22,219 nucleotides of DNA from an uncultured virus (IMG/VR IMGVR_UViG_2671181139_000006) (Duplodnaviria > Heunggongvirae > Uroviricota > Caudoviricetes): IMG/VR virus record IMGVR_UViG_2671181139_000006, one strand, 5' to 3'. The notes beneath the pieces are model-generated. The model was not told the origin of the DNA. It ran no database searches and worked only from the letters and a program-made list of their open reading frames with translations. The number at the start of each line of letters is the position of its first letter. The stretch's first letter is position 1. Position numbers and translations under genes: made by a program. Below, piece after piece: positions 1 to 7,966 of the stretch.

Positions 1-626
1 TTGGCAGCTCCACCACCTGAACCACCGCCAGAAGCCCCACTTCCTGACGCATTTGAAGCAACAATTAATGGCTTGAATGCCACATTGCCGCGGAACTCTT
101 TTTTGAGGTCATCAATACTTAAAGCACTAGGTTTGCCCTGCGAATCTAGTACGCGTACTTTGACCTCACCGTTTTCATCAGTTTCAACTTGAAGACGGTT
201 TGTAATATGTGGAAGCAGTACTGCCTCCGAGCCTTTGATAGAAAGCTCACTTGCTAATGATTGTGCTGTTTGCCCGACAGTTAATTTGTAGACTTGGTCT
301 TGCAATGCTTTGGTAGCTTCTGCATGTTTTGCTTCTGCTTGCTCAAGCTTGGCTTTCCAAGATGCTTCAATTGCAGCAACGTCACCTTTTTTACGGGCTG
401 CTTCTTCAGCTTCTTTTTGGGCCTTCTCTTCAGCTTCTTGGCGTTTTTCTTGCTCTTTTTTCTTTTCTCCAAGGAGTTGTTCCACCTTGTTTTTAAGGCC
501 TTCAAGCTCACCATTGTTTTGCTGCGGCAGACCTTCAACTTTTAAATAAAATGCACCGTCTTTTTCTTCGTAAAGTGCTTTCATTTCATCAGATAAGCCC
601 TCTAGGCTATCGAGTTTGTATTTCAT
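1..626 (-). CDS. Head scaffolding protein, 3' end outside the window (not in the ORF track)
   Basis: Manual translation from ATG 626 (SD GGGAG upstream): MKYKLDSLEGLSDEMKALYEEKDGAFYLKVEGLP...EKKKEQEKRQEAEEKAQKEAEEAARKKGD...ASNASGSGASGGGSGGGAA, open to the edge. Charged coiled coil plus Gly-rich tail, downstream of portal/MuF. Confidence 0.85.
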   Translation of the reverse strand, partial: MKYKLDSLEGLSDEMKALYEEKDGAFYLKVEGLPQQNNGELEGLKNKVEQLLGEKKKEQEKRQEAEEKAQKEAEEAARKKGDVAAIEASWKAKLEQAEAKHAEATKALQDQVYKLTVGQTAQSLASELSIKGSEAVLLPHITNRLQVETDENGEVKVRVLDSQGKPSALSIDDLKKEFRGNVAFKPLIVASNASGSGASGGGSGGGAA

Positions 627-667
627 GTTTTGCTCCCTGAGCGGTTTTGCAGTCACAAACTGCGGGC

Positions 668-693
668 AATAAAAAAGCACCCTTTCGAGTGCT
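668..693 (-). terminator. Intrinsic terminator
   Basis: Minus strand AGCACTC-GAAA-GGGTGCT followed by TTTTTATT. Confidence 0.8.
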
Positions 694-710
694 CTAAATA
701 GAATTAGGTT

Positions 711-905
711 TTACTTTTCAGAAACTGGCTTGCTAGCATCTTCAAGGCTCTTCAATGTGTTGTTCACTGCTTTAGCAGTTCGTCCATACACATCCTTGCC
801 ATTTGCTGAATCAACAGGAATCATCACTGTATCTACAGTTGCTGTTACAACAGTGGAAGCCGCTGATACTGTAGCTTTTGTAAGACTTTCAATTATTCCG
901 AACAT
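711..905 (-). CDS. Hypothetical 64-aa protein (moron-like insert)
   Basis: MFGIIESLTKATVSAASTVVTATVDTVMIP...; ATG at 905 after a purine-rich run; flanked by two similar terminators. Confidence 0.65.
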   Translation of the reverse strand: MFGIIESLTKATVSAASTVVTATVDTVMIPVDSANGKDVYGRTAKAVNNTLKSLEDASKPVSEK

Positions 906-917
906 TTCTTTTCTCAC

Positions 918-942
918 AATAAGAAAAGCACCCGAAGGTGCT
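918..942 (-). terminator. Intrinsic terminator
   Basis: Minus strand AGCACC-TTCG-GGTGCT (cUUCGg loop) followed by TTTCTTATT. Confidence 0.8.
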
Positions 943-962
943 AAGGTTTGAATTAAGTTGTT

Positions 963-1175
963 TTACATATTTCTATAAATAACTGGCTTTAATGCTTGAG
1001 ATGCAATCCAAATATCGTTACGACATACAGGGCAATTCAACACATAGATAGTTTCGTTTCTATCGCTCATGACTCGCAACTCATTCTTTTGAAATTCGAT
1101 AACTGAATAACACTTGCCACATGAGTCTCTATGGGTCTGCAACTCGGGCGGCACACCTCGACTAATTACTTTCAT
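963..1175 (-). CDS. Small zinc-ribbon protein
   Basis: CGKC...CPVC motifs; ATGA overlap with the MuF stop codon. Confidence 0.75.
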   Translation of the reverse strand: MKVISRGVPPELQTHRDSCGKCYSVIEFQKNELRVMSDRNETIYVLNCPVCRNDIWIASQALKPVIYRNM

Positions 1176-2257
1176 AATCCCAACCTCTTAAACATTTCTT
1201 CATCAAGCTTTTTGAGTTCAGCAAGCGTGAATGGTTGACCTGTAAGCGGATCAATAAACTTATCCAGAGAATACTTGCCCTCTTTGAATAGTTTGTATCT
1301 TGTCGGCCCAAGCCAAGACTTTTGAAAAGCTGCATCTTGTTTATCAAACCAACCTTTGAAAGTTGTATTTGAATCAACCACGCCTATCTCACCTTCACCA
1401 TTCACTTTATTGTTAAATGGACGCATCCCAATTGTTTTTCCTGAATCATCCGATACAGGAATTAGAATCGATCGACAGTTTGGGTGAAGTGGTGGCACAG
1501 GATGAGGTTCATCTTTCTTATAAACCTTGTCTGAATAACCCATGCAGATTTTAGAAGTGCGGCTATCTAGTGTTGCGATGAACTTTACATATTCAACACC
1601 AATGATCTGATATGTTTCATTCAGAGCAACATTGGACACATGACTTCGAGCAGTTCGTACCATTGTAGAAATCTGGTTTCTACTCTGATCAAGCAAACCG
1701 TCTTGGTAATTAAGAGCCTTCTTGCCTTTAATTCGCTGAACAATCTGCTGGTTTGTCTGACCCCGAGATAGACCATCTCGAATTGTTTGCTCTACTCGTA
1801 CTTTTGTATCGTCTGCAATCTTCTCGAATAGGTAATCAAGCAGCACACCACCGCTTAAAGGCGTTTTCTTTGCCTTGTTGAATAGCGTCTTTCCATTTGG
1901 TTCTATTTTGCGATTAGCGAGGGTTTTAGCCTGATATGTAGCTTCATACACCGCTAATGCAGTAGCGCTTACAGTGAAGCTCTCAAGCAATCCTGACGCT
2001 ACACTTGCCTGCCAAGTCTGAACTAATGTCCTTACTTCTTTTAATGCTGGTGTTGTGTATTGTCCTGCCATCAATGCAGTCTTTTCAGCGTCACTCAAGT
2101 CATCTAACAAATCTCTTAACTTTGAAAGCATCTCACTAGAGAGCGAATCAAATTGTGTTAGGAGATTATTAATTTCAGTTGAAGACAACCGGTAGAGATA
2201 AGCCTGATGTGATACCAGGGCATCAAGTAGAGCTTGTTGTGACAACTGGACGTTCAT
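1172..2257 (-). CDS. Head morphogenesis protein, SPP1 gp7/MuF family
   Basis: ATLDSRTSKIC and PPLHPNCRS motifs; directly follows the portal gene. Confidence 0.92.
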   Translation of the reverse strand: MNVQLSQQALLDALVSHQAYLYRLSSTEINNLLTQFDSLSSEMLSKLRDLLDDLSDAEKTALMAGQYTTPALKEVRTLVQTWQASVASGLLESFTVSATALAVYEATYQAKTLANRKIEPNGKTLFNKAKKTPLSGGVLLDYLFEKIADDTKVRVEQTIRDGLSRGQTNQQIVQRIKGKKALNYQDGLLDQSRNQISTMVRTARSHVSNVALNETYQIIGVEYVKFIATLDSRTSKICMGYSDKVYKKDEPHPVPPLHPNCRSILIPVSDDSGKTIGMRPFNNKVNGEGEIGVVDSNTTFKGWFDKQDAAFQKSWLGPTRYKLFKEGKYSLDKFIDPLTGQPFTLAELKKLDEEMFKRLGL

Positions 2258-2273
2258 TTGTCACTCCTGCGAT

Positions 2274-3680
2274 TTAAACCACCATAGGTCTATTGACTGA
2301 CTCGCTTTCGATACGTGTTTGTTCGTCTTCATAGCTAATTTCTGGTACTTTCCCAGTAGTAAGCAACTCATGGAATGTTTCCATACTCATGCGATTAGCA
2401 AGCACCATTTCCCAATAGAACTTAAGCGTATCAAGGTCAATCTTGCCTTTAGCAAAATCTTGCTTAATTGTGAGTTTCGCTTTAGATCCGCTTCCGTAAT
2501 ATGCAGCACACCATTTAAGCGCGTATTCCATCGCCTCATTGGTATTAGCCACACACAAAGAAAGGACACTATACTGAGCAAGTTTTTCATTATTTGATTG
2601 AGTAGCCGTTTTATTGACTTGTTCCGTCTCAAGAATCTTGGCACCCATGGCCTGCATGTACTTTTCTTTAGCATCCATAGCCTGTTTTGCTAAGGTGCTT
2701 TCAGTGACTTGCTTGTAGTCAAATGATGAGCCTTTCGGAAGCATTAAAGGATTCTTAGAACCTAAGCGAACTCCATTTTTCTGCAACCAGTCGCGCCAAC
2801 CTTCATCAAGTTCATTAATAACTGGTTGAGCTTGCCCACAGATAAATACCATTTCTTCATAGCTTGCGCTGTTTTGATAATGGGCCAAGTTCATAGTGAC
2901 AATTGGTTCTAATGGGATCGGGTCAATATTCCAATCATTAGCCAAAGACCCCAAAGGAATAAAAGGAATTTCATTCCATCTTTGGCCTAATGAATTCGTT
3001 GGATAGAAGGCATCACCGCCCTGTAGTTCTCCTGACTTATCTGTATAAACTTGAACGTTATATTCATTGTTTTCATCAAGTCGAAGTACGCGGTAAATAT
3101 TGATTTCTTTCTTAGAGAATTCGTCTTCTGGATCTTTTTCTGTGGACTTCTCATGCAAGACAATAAGTTCAGGCTTATAGACCGAACCAACTCGCTTTAG
3201 ACTCCAATTGATAATGCTCAACGACTCATAAAATACGATTGTTGGTCGAATACCTAAGCTCTCTGCCTGCTGTACAGACACATTTCCATTAGTAGTTGGA
3301 TAATCTACGAATAAACCGCCACGTGCATGTTTAAGCTGACCTTGCAAGGCAGATTGTGCAACTTGGTAAATTGACTTACCTGTACCATCTGCATCGTATT
3401 TAAGAAAATCCATTCCATCCGGTTCGAACGTTGGGTCCTCAGCAAATACCACGCCCACCATCTTGTTTAATGTGTCTTTAGAAATCTCATAAAACACAGC
3501 ACGGGTTAAGTAAGCCAAATAATATTGATCATTCTGCGTTAAATCAGACGATACATTGGGTTTTGGTAAATAAAGTTCGCCACGCTTCTTAACCGTGGCA
3601 GAACCATCACAGACATCGTCGATAGTTTCCCAACGCTTTTTCATGTCTGCATAAGCTTGATGTTCAGTATTAACTGGCAT
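2274..3680 (-). CDS. Portal protein (DUF4055-like)
   Basis: 468 aa; YLPKP, YLAYLTRAVFY and NLAHYQNSASYE motifs; between TerL and MuF. Confidence 0.88.
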   Translation of the reverse strand: MPVNTEHQAYADMKKRWETIDDVCDGSATVKKRGELYLPKPNVSSDLTQNDQYYLAYLTRAVFYEISKDTLNKMVGVVFAEDPTFEPDGMDFLKYDADGTGKSIYQVAQSALQGQLKHARGGLFVDYPTTNGNVSVQQAESLGIRPTIVFYESLSIINWSLKRVGSVYKPELIVLHEKSTEKDPEDEFSKKEINIYRVLRLDENNEYNVQVYTDKSGELQGGDAFYPTNSLGQRWNEIPFIPLGSLANDWNIDPIPLEPIVTMNLAHYQNSASYEEMVFICGQAQPVINELDEGWRDWLQKNGVRLGSKNPLMLPKGSSFDYKQVTESTLAKQAMDAKEKYMQAMGAKILETEQVNKTATQSNNEKLAQYSVLSLCVANTNEAMEYALKWCAAYYGSGSKAKLTIKQDFAKGKIDLDTLKFYWEMVLANRMSMETFHELLTTGKVPEISYEDEQTRIESESVNRPMVV

Positions 3681-5173
3681 TAGTAAACCATTCCTATATC
3701 TAGTGTTTTTGCAACAACCTTTTTACCCATAGCCACAGCAAACATACGGAAGCCATCAGCACTGTGTGAGTGAATGTCATGAAGTGGGTTGTCTTTCCAA
3801 CATCCAAGCTTGTCATTCCACTCTTTTCGGTAGTTCTCAAGATGAGTGATTCCTTCTGCACATTTGTACTCATCAAATTCACATAGAGGCAAAATCTCAC
3901 GAACCTGCTCAATACCATCCATCACCGTTATATTTGGCACCACTTCGAAGTTGACTGAGTATTTCTCCCCGTCATCAAGCACATAACCCTCTTTGGCAAT
4001 GTCTAGGCGAGACTTACCATCATTCATAAGAGAGCGGTTTTTAATGTCGTGCGGAGCATAATGCTTGCTGTACTTGTAGCCTTTTTCTTTAAGCACTTTG
4101 AAATAGTGCCGCATACCTTCGCCTGAGTTTTCGTAGTAATCGATAACTTGGTAGCAAGTATCTGATAACTTCCTGATAAACCAGATCACCATTGAGTCTG
4201 AGACACCTAAGTCCCAGAAGGTCATAACAGGTAAATGATCATTAGAAGGCAATACACCAATGCGTTTATTGGCATACAAGAATTTAAATTGGTTCTTGTA
4301 GTAAGCACCTTCAACAGACTGAGCAAAAGCTTCACTAGGAATACTTGGATATTCCCGCTTCATATCCTCGCCAAGAGTTTTCTCTTTTGAGTGATACCAA
4401 GCCCTTTGCTTTGGCGTTGTTTTAATCTTGTGCTTAACTTCCAGTTCTTCAAAGTATTGAACTAGGCGCTGTGGGAGTTCTTCAGTTGGTTCAATTTCAT
4501 AATCAGCATTCTTCCACCAGGAGAAGAAAAAGAATTTCCAATCAAGAGGACTTAATTTTTTGCTGAGTAATAATAACTTTTCCGCTAATTGGCAGAATTC
4601 ATAGAAGTAGCCGCTTTTACCTTCAGCAGTACTCTCAAGTGTGATTCGTCCTTTAAGACTGACCGCTTCAAATGCACCAGTAACAATCTCACGTGCTTTA
4701 TCTGGGAACTTCGCACAAATCTTACCGAACTCAGACACATGTAATCGGTCTAATGTTCCACCACGGAAAGAGGTTGATACTGTGATCGAACCCCCTTTAA
4801 CAAATACAAGCTCATCCTTAGTTTGAATCTCTAAAGGATTGGCTGCTTTGATTAAATGCGGTAAGCGATCATAAGCGTACTTAACCTTTTCACGGAACAA
4901 GCGCTTAGCATCATGTAGCGTATGGGCAATCAATGCACACTTATCAGACATGAATAATGCAGCATCTAACTGAATCATGCACATCTCAGTGGTAAAACCT
5001 AACTGACGTGCCTTTAAGATGATGTTACGTGTCCATTCGTTTTCGAAGTATTCAAGCTGTTCAAGTGTCATCTTGAACTTAACTTGCTTACCCTCTTTAT
5101 TCGTAATGTAGTAAAGATTATTTAAGCGCCATAACTGGTCTTTAAGTTTCGCTTTATGCTCAGGATTCAGCAT
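3680..5173 (-). CDS. terL: Terminase large subunit
   Basis: Walker A-like ILKARQLGFTT, Walker B LHVSE, ESTAEG coupling motif, nuclease WDLG and HSADGFR. Confidence 0.95.
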   Translation of the reverse strand: MLNPEHKAKLKDQLWRLNNLYYITNKEGKQVKFKMTLEQLEYFENEWTRNIILKARQLGFTTEMCMIQLDAALFMSDKCALIAHTLHDAKRLFREKVKYAYDRLPHLIKAANPLEIQTKDELVFVKGGSITVSTSFRGGTLDRLHVSEFGKICAKFPDKAREIVTGAFEAVSLKGRITLESTAEGKSGYFYEFCQLAEKLLLLSKKLSPLDWKFFFFSWWKNADYEIEPTEELPQRLVQYFEELEVKHKIKTTPKQRAWYHSKEKTLGEDMKREYPSIPSEAFAQSVEGAYYKNQFKFLYANKRIGVLPSNDHLPVMTFWDLGVSDSMVIWFIRKLSDTCYQVIDYYENSGEGMRHYFKVLKEKGYKYSKHYAPHDIKNRSLMNDGKSRLDIAKEGYVLDDGEKYSVNFEVVPNITVMDGIEQVREILPLCEFDEYKCAEGITHLENYRKEWNDKLGCWKDNPLHDIHSHSADGFRMFAVAMGKKVVAKTLDIGMVY

Positions 5174-5188
5174 GGCTACTCCTTATAA

Positions 5189-5650
5189 TTAATCATCCTT
5201 CCCTATTTCATCCATCAATTCTGATAATGACTGAACTTCAAGTGTCAGCTTATTCTCTTGTTTGTCAGCTAAGCCAAGCTCACGGGCAACAATAGAAGCA
5301 TTAAGCAATCCAGCACTTGCACCTTCAAACTTTTGAGTGAAGATAACCCTTTTGATATCGCTACAGATTCCAATAAAACCTTCTTTAGAGCAGTAAGTTG
5401 CCCAAGTTTCGTCAGAGATATCAAGAAAGAAACATAGACCTTGAATGGTCATTGCGCGCATCTTCGGCAAATCTTCAACAGTTACAACGCCCTCATATGC
5501 AAATGCCTTCGCCTCTTCTAGTGGGTTATCTGTAACCCATTCAAAGTATTCACAGGCAGCTTCCCATAGTTGTTCTGGATCTTCAAAGATCGGTTTACGA
5601 CCGTGAGAGCTGCGCTGCTCCCAGAATCTATTACCGATTGGAGCTGCCAT
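5189..5650 (-). CDS. terS: Terminase small subunit, P22 gp3 family
   Basis: MAAPIGNRFWEQRSSHGRKP...CEYFEWV...KMRAMT...QKFEGASAGLLNASIVARELGL closely resembles P22 gp3 as I recall it. Confidence 0.93.
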   Translation of the reverse strand: MAAPIGNRFWEQRSSHGRKPIFEDPEQLWEAACEYFEWVTDNPLEEAKAFAYEGVVTVEDLPKMRAMTIQGLCFFLDISDETWATYCSKEGFIGICSDIKRVIFTQKFEGASAGLLNASIVARELGLADKQENKLTLEVQSLSELMDEIGKDD

Positions 5651-5664
5651 ATATTTACCTCATT

Positions 5665-5687
5665 AAAAAACCGCCACTTGGGCGGTT
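5665..5687 (-). terminator. Intrinsic terminator upstream of terS
   Basis: Minus strand AACCGCC-CAAGT-GGCGGTT followed by TTTT. Confidence 0.8.
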
Positions 5688-5691
5688 CGTA

Positions 5692-5874
5692 TTATTCATC
5701 TAAGGTTGCTTGAACCTCTTTAATATACTTAAGTAAATTATCTCTACTTAACTCGCTTAAATCCATAACACCATGGCCACCACAATTGCTTAGTATTGCC
5801 ACAGCAATTGCTGCTTTACCTTTAATTTTTTCACATTCAATTACTGCTTCATATTCAAGGTTATTCATTGTCAT
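5692..5874 (-). CDS. Hypothetical 60-aa protein
   Basis: ORF fills the gap after an AT-rich spacer and ends just before a terminator. Confidence 0.6.
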   Translation of the reverse strand: MTMNNLEYEAVIECEKIKGKAAIAVAILSNCGGHGVMDLSELSRDNLLKYIKEVQATLDE

Positions 5875-5928
5875 TTGTTAGTTTCTCATTTTATAAAGTG
5901 AGAGACATTAATAATATGAAATTGGCAA

Positions 5929-6411
5929 TTATTCAAGCACATACTTAAGATCATCAGGCGTTTCCAAATAACACCCTTGTTTATTGCAGAATGCATGAAT
6001 GTCGTTTAGGTATTCAGTGAATTGAGCTGTACTTGCGTCTGTCGTGCTCATTAACTCACAAAGTCCATCAGCTACTTGTTGATAGGCTGGATGCTTAGAA
6101 TCCTTCAACTCTCTAACAGCCTTGAATGTTTTCTTGTATTGGCCAACGTCATCACGATCATAGATTTTTGCTAAGAAGTTCTTCTTAAAGAACAGATGCT
6201 CATAGTCTTTATCTGTACCTTGACGTTTAGCCCACTGATTAAGCCACATCCAGTACAAGCGGTTTTGAGCTTTCGTCCGGTCCTTCTCTTGAGGTGCGAT
6301 TAATACTACTAAAGGCTTCCCTTCACTCGCTGCCTTTGCATGATTATTATTCAGATAGCCAATTACATAGTTGATGTCAGAATGGTTTTTGATGACGAAT
6401 CGTGGTTCCAT
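5929..6411 (-). CDS. NinB/Orf-like protein
   Basis: RTKAQNRLYWMWL and STTDASTAQFTEYLNDI match NinB-family motifs; ATG 6411 has SD GAGG. Confidence 0.7.
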   Translation of the reverse strand: MEPRFVIKNHSDINYVIGYLNNNHAKAASEGKPLVVLIAPQEKDRTKAQNRLYWMWLNQWAKRQGTDKDYEHLFFKKNFLAKIYDRDDVGQYKKTFKAVRELKDSKHPAYQQVADGLCELMSTTDASTAQFTEYLNDIHAFCNKQGCYLETPDDLKYVLE

Positions 6412-6420
6412 TTTGACCTC

Positions 6421-6446
6421 GCAATAAAAAACCACCCGAGGGTGGC
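6421..6446 (-). terminator. Intrinsic terminator
   Basis: Minus strand GCCACC-CTCG-GGTGGT followed by TTTTTATTGC. Confidence 0.82.
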
Positions 6447-6911
6447 TTAAACTTTCTCAAACTTAAAATCACTTCTTGATGTATAGACCTTTGCTATATG
6501 ACGCAAAGCCACTTCTTCAGTATCAAACATCATTGAGAATGTTTTAAATTGAATCTTCTTGCCATTTGAAAGGACTTGATATTTGTATTCATATTCTTCG
6601 AACTTGCGACCGGTTCTCTTTTCAAAGTCTTGTAAAAAGTAGCTAAGCTGTTCACCAAACCAGTAAATTTGATTCTCTGGAATGAAGCGAAGTCGATCAC
6701 GAATTAACTCGCGACAAAATGGATGTCGAACATGTTGATGGTTAGAGTTAATAATCCATTCAATTTCATCTAGCCGTTGCAGGTATTCAATCAAGCGACC
6801 AATTTCTTTAACTTCTTGGATGTCGTTAAACTCACCAATTGGCGTTCTATACAATGTTGGTGTATCAATCCAATCAAACTCTGGCACATCAATTTCTAGG
6901 CTAATTTTCAT
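6447..6911 (-). CDS. Hypothetical 154-aa moron protein
   Basis: AT-rich ORF with its own extended -10 element upstream and a terminator right after the stop. Confidence 0.8.
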   Translation of the reverse strand: MKISLEIDVPEFDWIDTPTLYRTPIGEFNDIQEVKEIGRLIEYLQRLDEIEWIINSNHQHVRHPFCRELIRDRLRFIPENQIYWFGEQLSYFLQDFEKRTGRKFEEYEYKYQVLSNGKKIQFKTFSMMFDTEEVALRHIAKVYTSRSDFKFEKV

Positions 6912-6940
6912 TAGAATTTACCATTGATTTATAGAGTTAA

Positions 6941-6949
6941 ATTATACCA
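6941..6949 (-). promoter_or_regulatory. Extended -10 promoter
   Basis: Minus strand TGGTATAAT, about 30 nt upstream of ATG 6911; no good -35. Confidence 0.65.
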
Positions 6950-6965
6950 TAACCACATGATTTAA

Positions 6966-7247
6966 TTAGAAAACATCGTCTGATTTTGTATCTATTTTTA
7001 ACATTAACTCGGTCTTTTCTAACCACCGCTCAAACATGGTTTCTGATTCTTGTCTTGTGCCTAATTTGTATGTGTCGAATAGGAAATGACACTTATGGCA
7101 TAACGGCACTGTAAACGCATCTGAGGCTTTTATTCCTTTTCCCTTGCCATGCTTACCAGAATTAGAATGAGCAGCCTGTGAGTGAGGATAGCCGCATCTA
7201 ACGCATGGTAGTGCTCTTATTTCGTTTAGCCTCTTTGTCGAACGCAT
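6966..7247 (-). CDS. DUF968-like His-Me/zinc-finger putative nuclease
   Basis: LPCVRCG...QAAH...GKGIKASDAFTVPLCHKCH. Confidence 0.72.
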   Translation of the reverse strand: MRSTKRLNEIRALPCVRCGYPHSQAAHSNSGKHGKGKGIKASDAFTVPLCHKCHFLFDTYKLGTRQESETMFERWLEKTELMLKIDTKSDDVF

Positions 7248-7401
7248 TTTCTAGGTTCTCTATTCTGGTTCTGAGAGTATTTACTTCACGCTGACATTCA
7301 GTCTTAAACGTATGGCTGCTGAATAAATGGTTATAGTTTTCTAACCGGCTAAGATTACGTTTATAGATTTCTAAATTCTTCTTCGCTTCGATTGTGTCCA
7401 T
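7198..7401 (-). CDS. Hypothetical 67-aa coiled-coil protein
   Basis: Start revised to MDTIEAKK (ATG 7401, SD GGGGTG), downstream of a terminator. Confidence 0.65.
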   Translation of the reverse strand: MDTIEAKKNLEIYKRNLSRLENYNHLFSSHTFKTECQREVNTLRTRIENLENAFDKEAKRNKSTTMR

Positions 7402-7410
7402 GTTCACCCC

Positions 7411-7440
7411 AAAAAAGAAAACCCCGTCAAAGGACAGGGC
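7411..7440 (-). terminator. Probable intrinsic terminator
   Basis: Minus strand CCCTGTC-CTTT-GACGGGG followed by TTTTCTTTTTT. Confidence 0.7.
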
Positions 7441-7553
7441 TACAAACACTTAATCTTTCCACACTTTCTGCATTCTTTGATTGGGTCGTCGTTGTAATCC
7501 GATCCATATTCCCAAACATGAAAACAGAATACTTGCCTGATGATTCGGAGCAT
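7440..7553 (-). CDS. 37-aa Cys/His microprotein (not in the ORF track)
   Basis: MLRIIRQVFCFHVWEYGSDYNDDPIKECRKCGKIKCL; SD GGAGG 5 nt upstream; CxHxW...CxxCG pattern. Confidence 0.75.
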   Translation of the reverse strand: MLRIIRQVFCFHVWEYGSDYNDDPIKECRKCGKIKCL

Positions 7554-7592
7554 GTGAACCTCCAAAAAGCAAAGGAAACGTAGCGAAAGCTT

Positions 7593-7835
7593 TTAGAAAT
7601 GCTTTTTATCTTCAACAGTTAGAGGATGAAAAATCATATAAGCTTCAACTTGATCTAACTTGATAATATCGCCAAGATCAGGACGATCTACTGTAAGAGT
7701 GAAATGTTTATCTTCACTATCACACATATCCCACACAGCAGGCAGGTAATCAATTGACTCACTGTCAACTTTGACTGCTAGTACACATAATTGATTTGGT
7801 TTAGTTGGTGCATGTCGGTTTGATAGCCAAGCCAT
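7593..7835 (-). CDS. Hypothetical 80-aa protein, first late-operon gene
   Basis: Start revised to MAWLSNRHAP (ATG 7835); the longer track ORF runs through the promoter and terminator. Confidence 0.7.
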   Translation of the reverse strand: MAWLSNRHAPTKPNQLCVLAVKVDSESIDYLPAVWDMCDSEDKHFTLTVDRPDLGDIIKLDQVEAYMIFHPLTVEDKKHF

Positions 7836-7857
7836 TCTTCTTCTCACTTTCCAATAG

Positions 7858-7889
7858 GCAATAAAAAAGCCCACGATTAAGTGAACTTT
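7858..7889 (-). terminator. tR'-like terminator
   Basis: Minus strand AAAGTTCAC-TTAATC-GTGGGCTTT followed by TTTATTGC. Confidence 0.65.
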
Positions 7890-7923
7890 GATGTGTTGGT
7901 CTTCGGAAATCCGTAATACGACC

Positions 7924-7963
7924 AGTATATAAAAACTATACTCTTGTTTCCGCAATAATGGAA
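7924..7963 (-). promoter_or_regulatory. Putative late promoter pR' with a second -10-like element
   Basis: TTCCAT-17 nt-TATAGT, then TATACT offset by 11 nt, immediately after the Q-like gene. Confidence 0.55.
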
Positions 7964-7966
7964 TAC

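Noticed and set aside
1..549. Track ORFs 1-192(+), 281-538(-), 294-545(+), 310-549(+)
   Set aside because: They are shadows of the real scaffold gene (626 to the window edge, minus strand).
1172..2257. MuF polymorphic toxin with downstream immunity gene
   Set aside because: The C-terminus is short and looks like the ordinary MuF tail; no toxin domain was recognised.
7392..7615. Track ORFs 7392-7583(+) and 7427-7615(-)
   Set aside because: They lack an SD; the 37-aa ORF 7440-7553 with GGAGG explains the interval.
666..7868. Recurring TTTTTTATTGC (minus strand; at 666, 6421 and 7858) as a dedicated regulatory box
   Set aside because: Adequately explained as terminator U-tracts; no independent evidence of another role.
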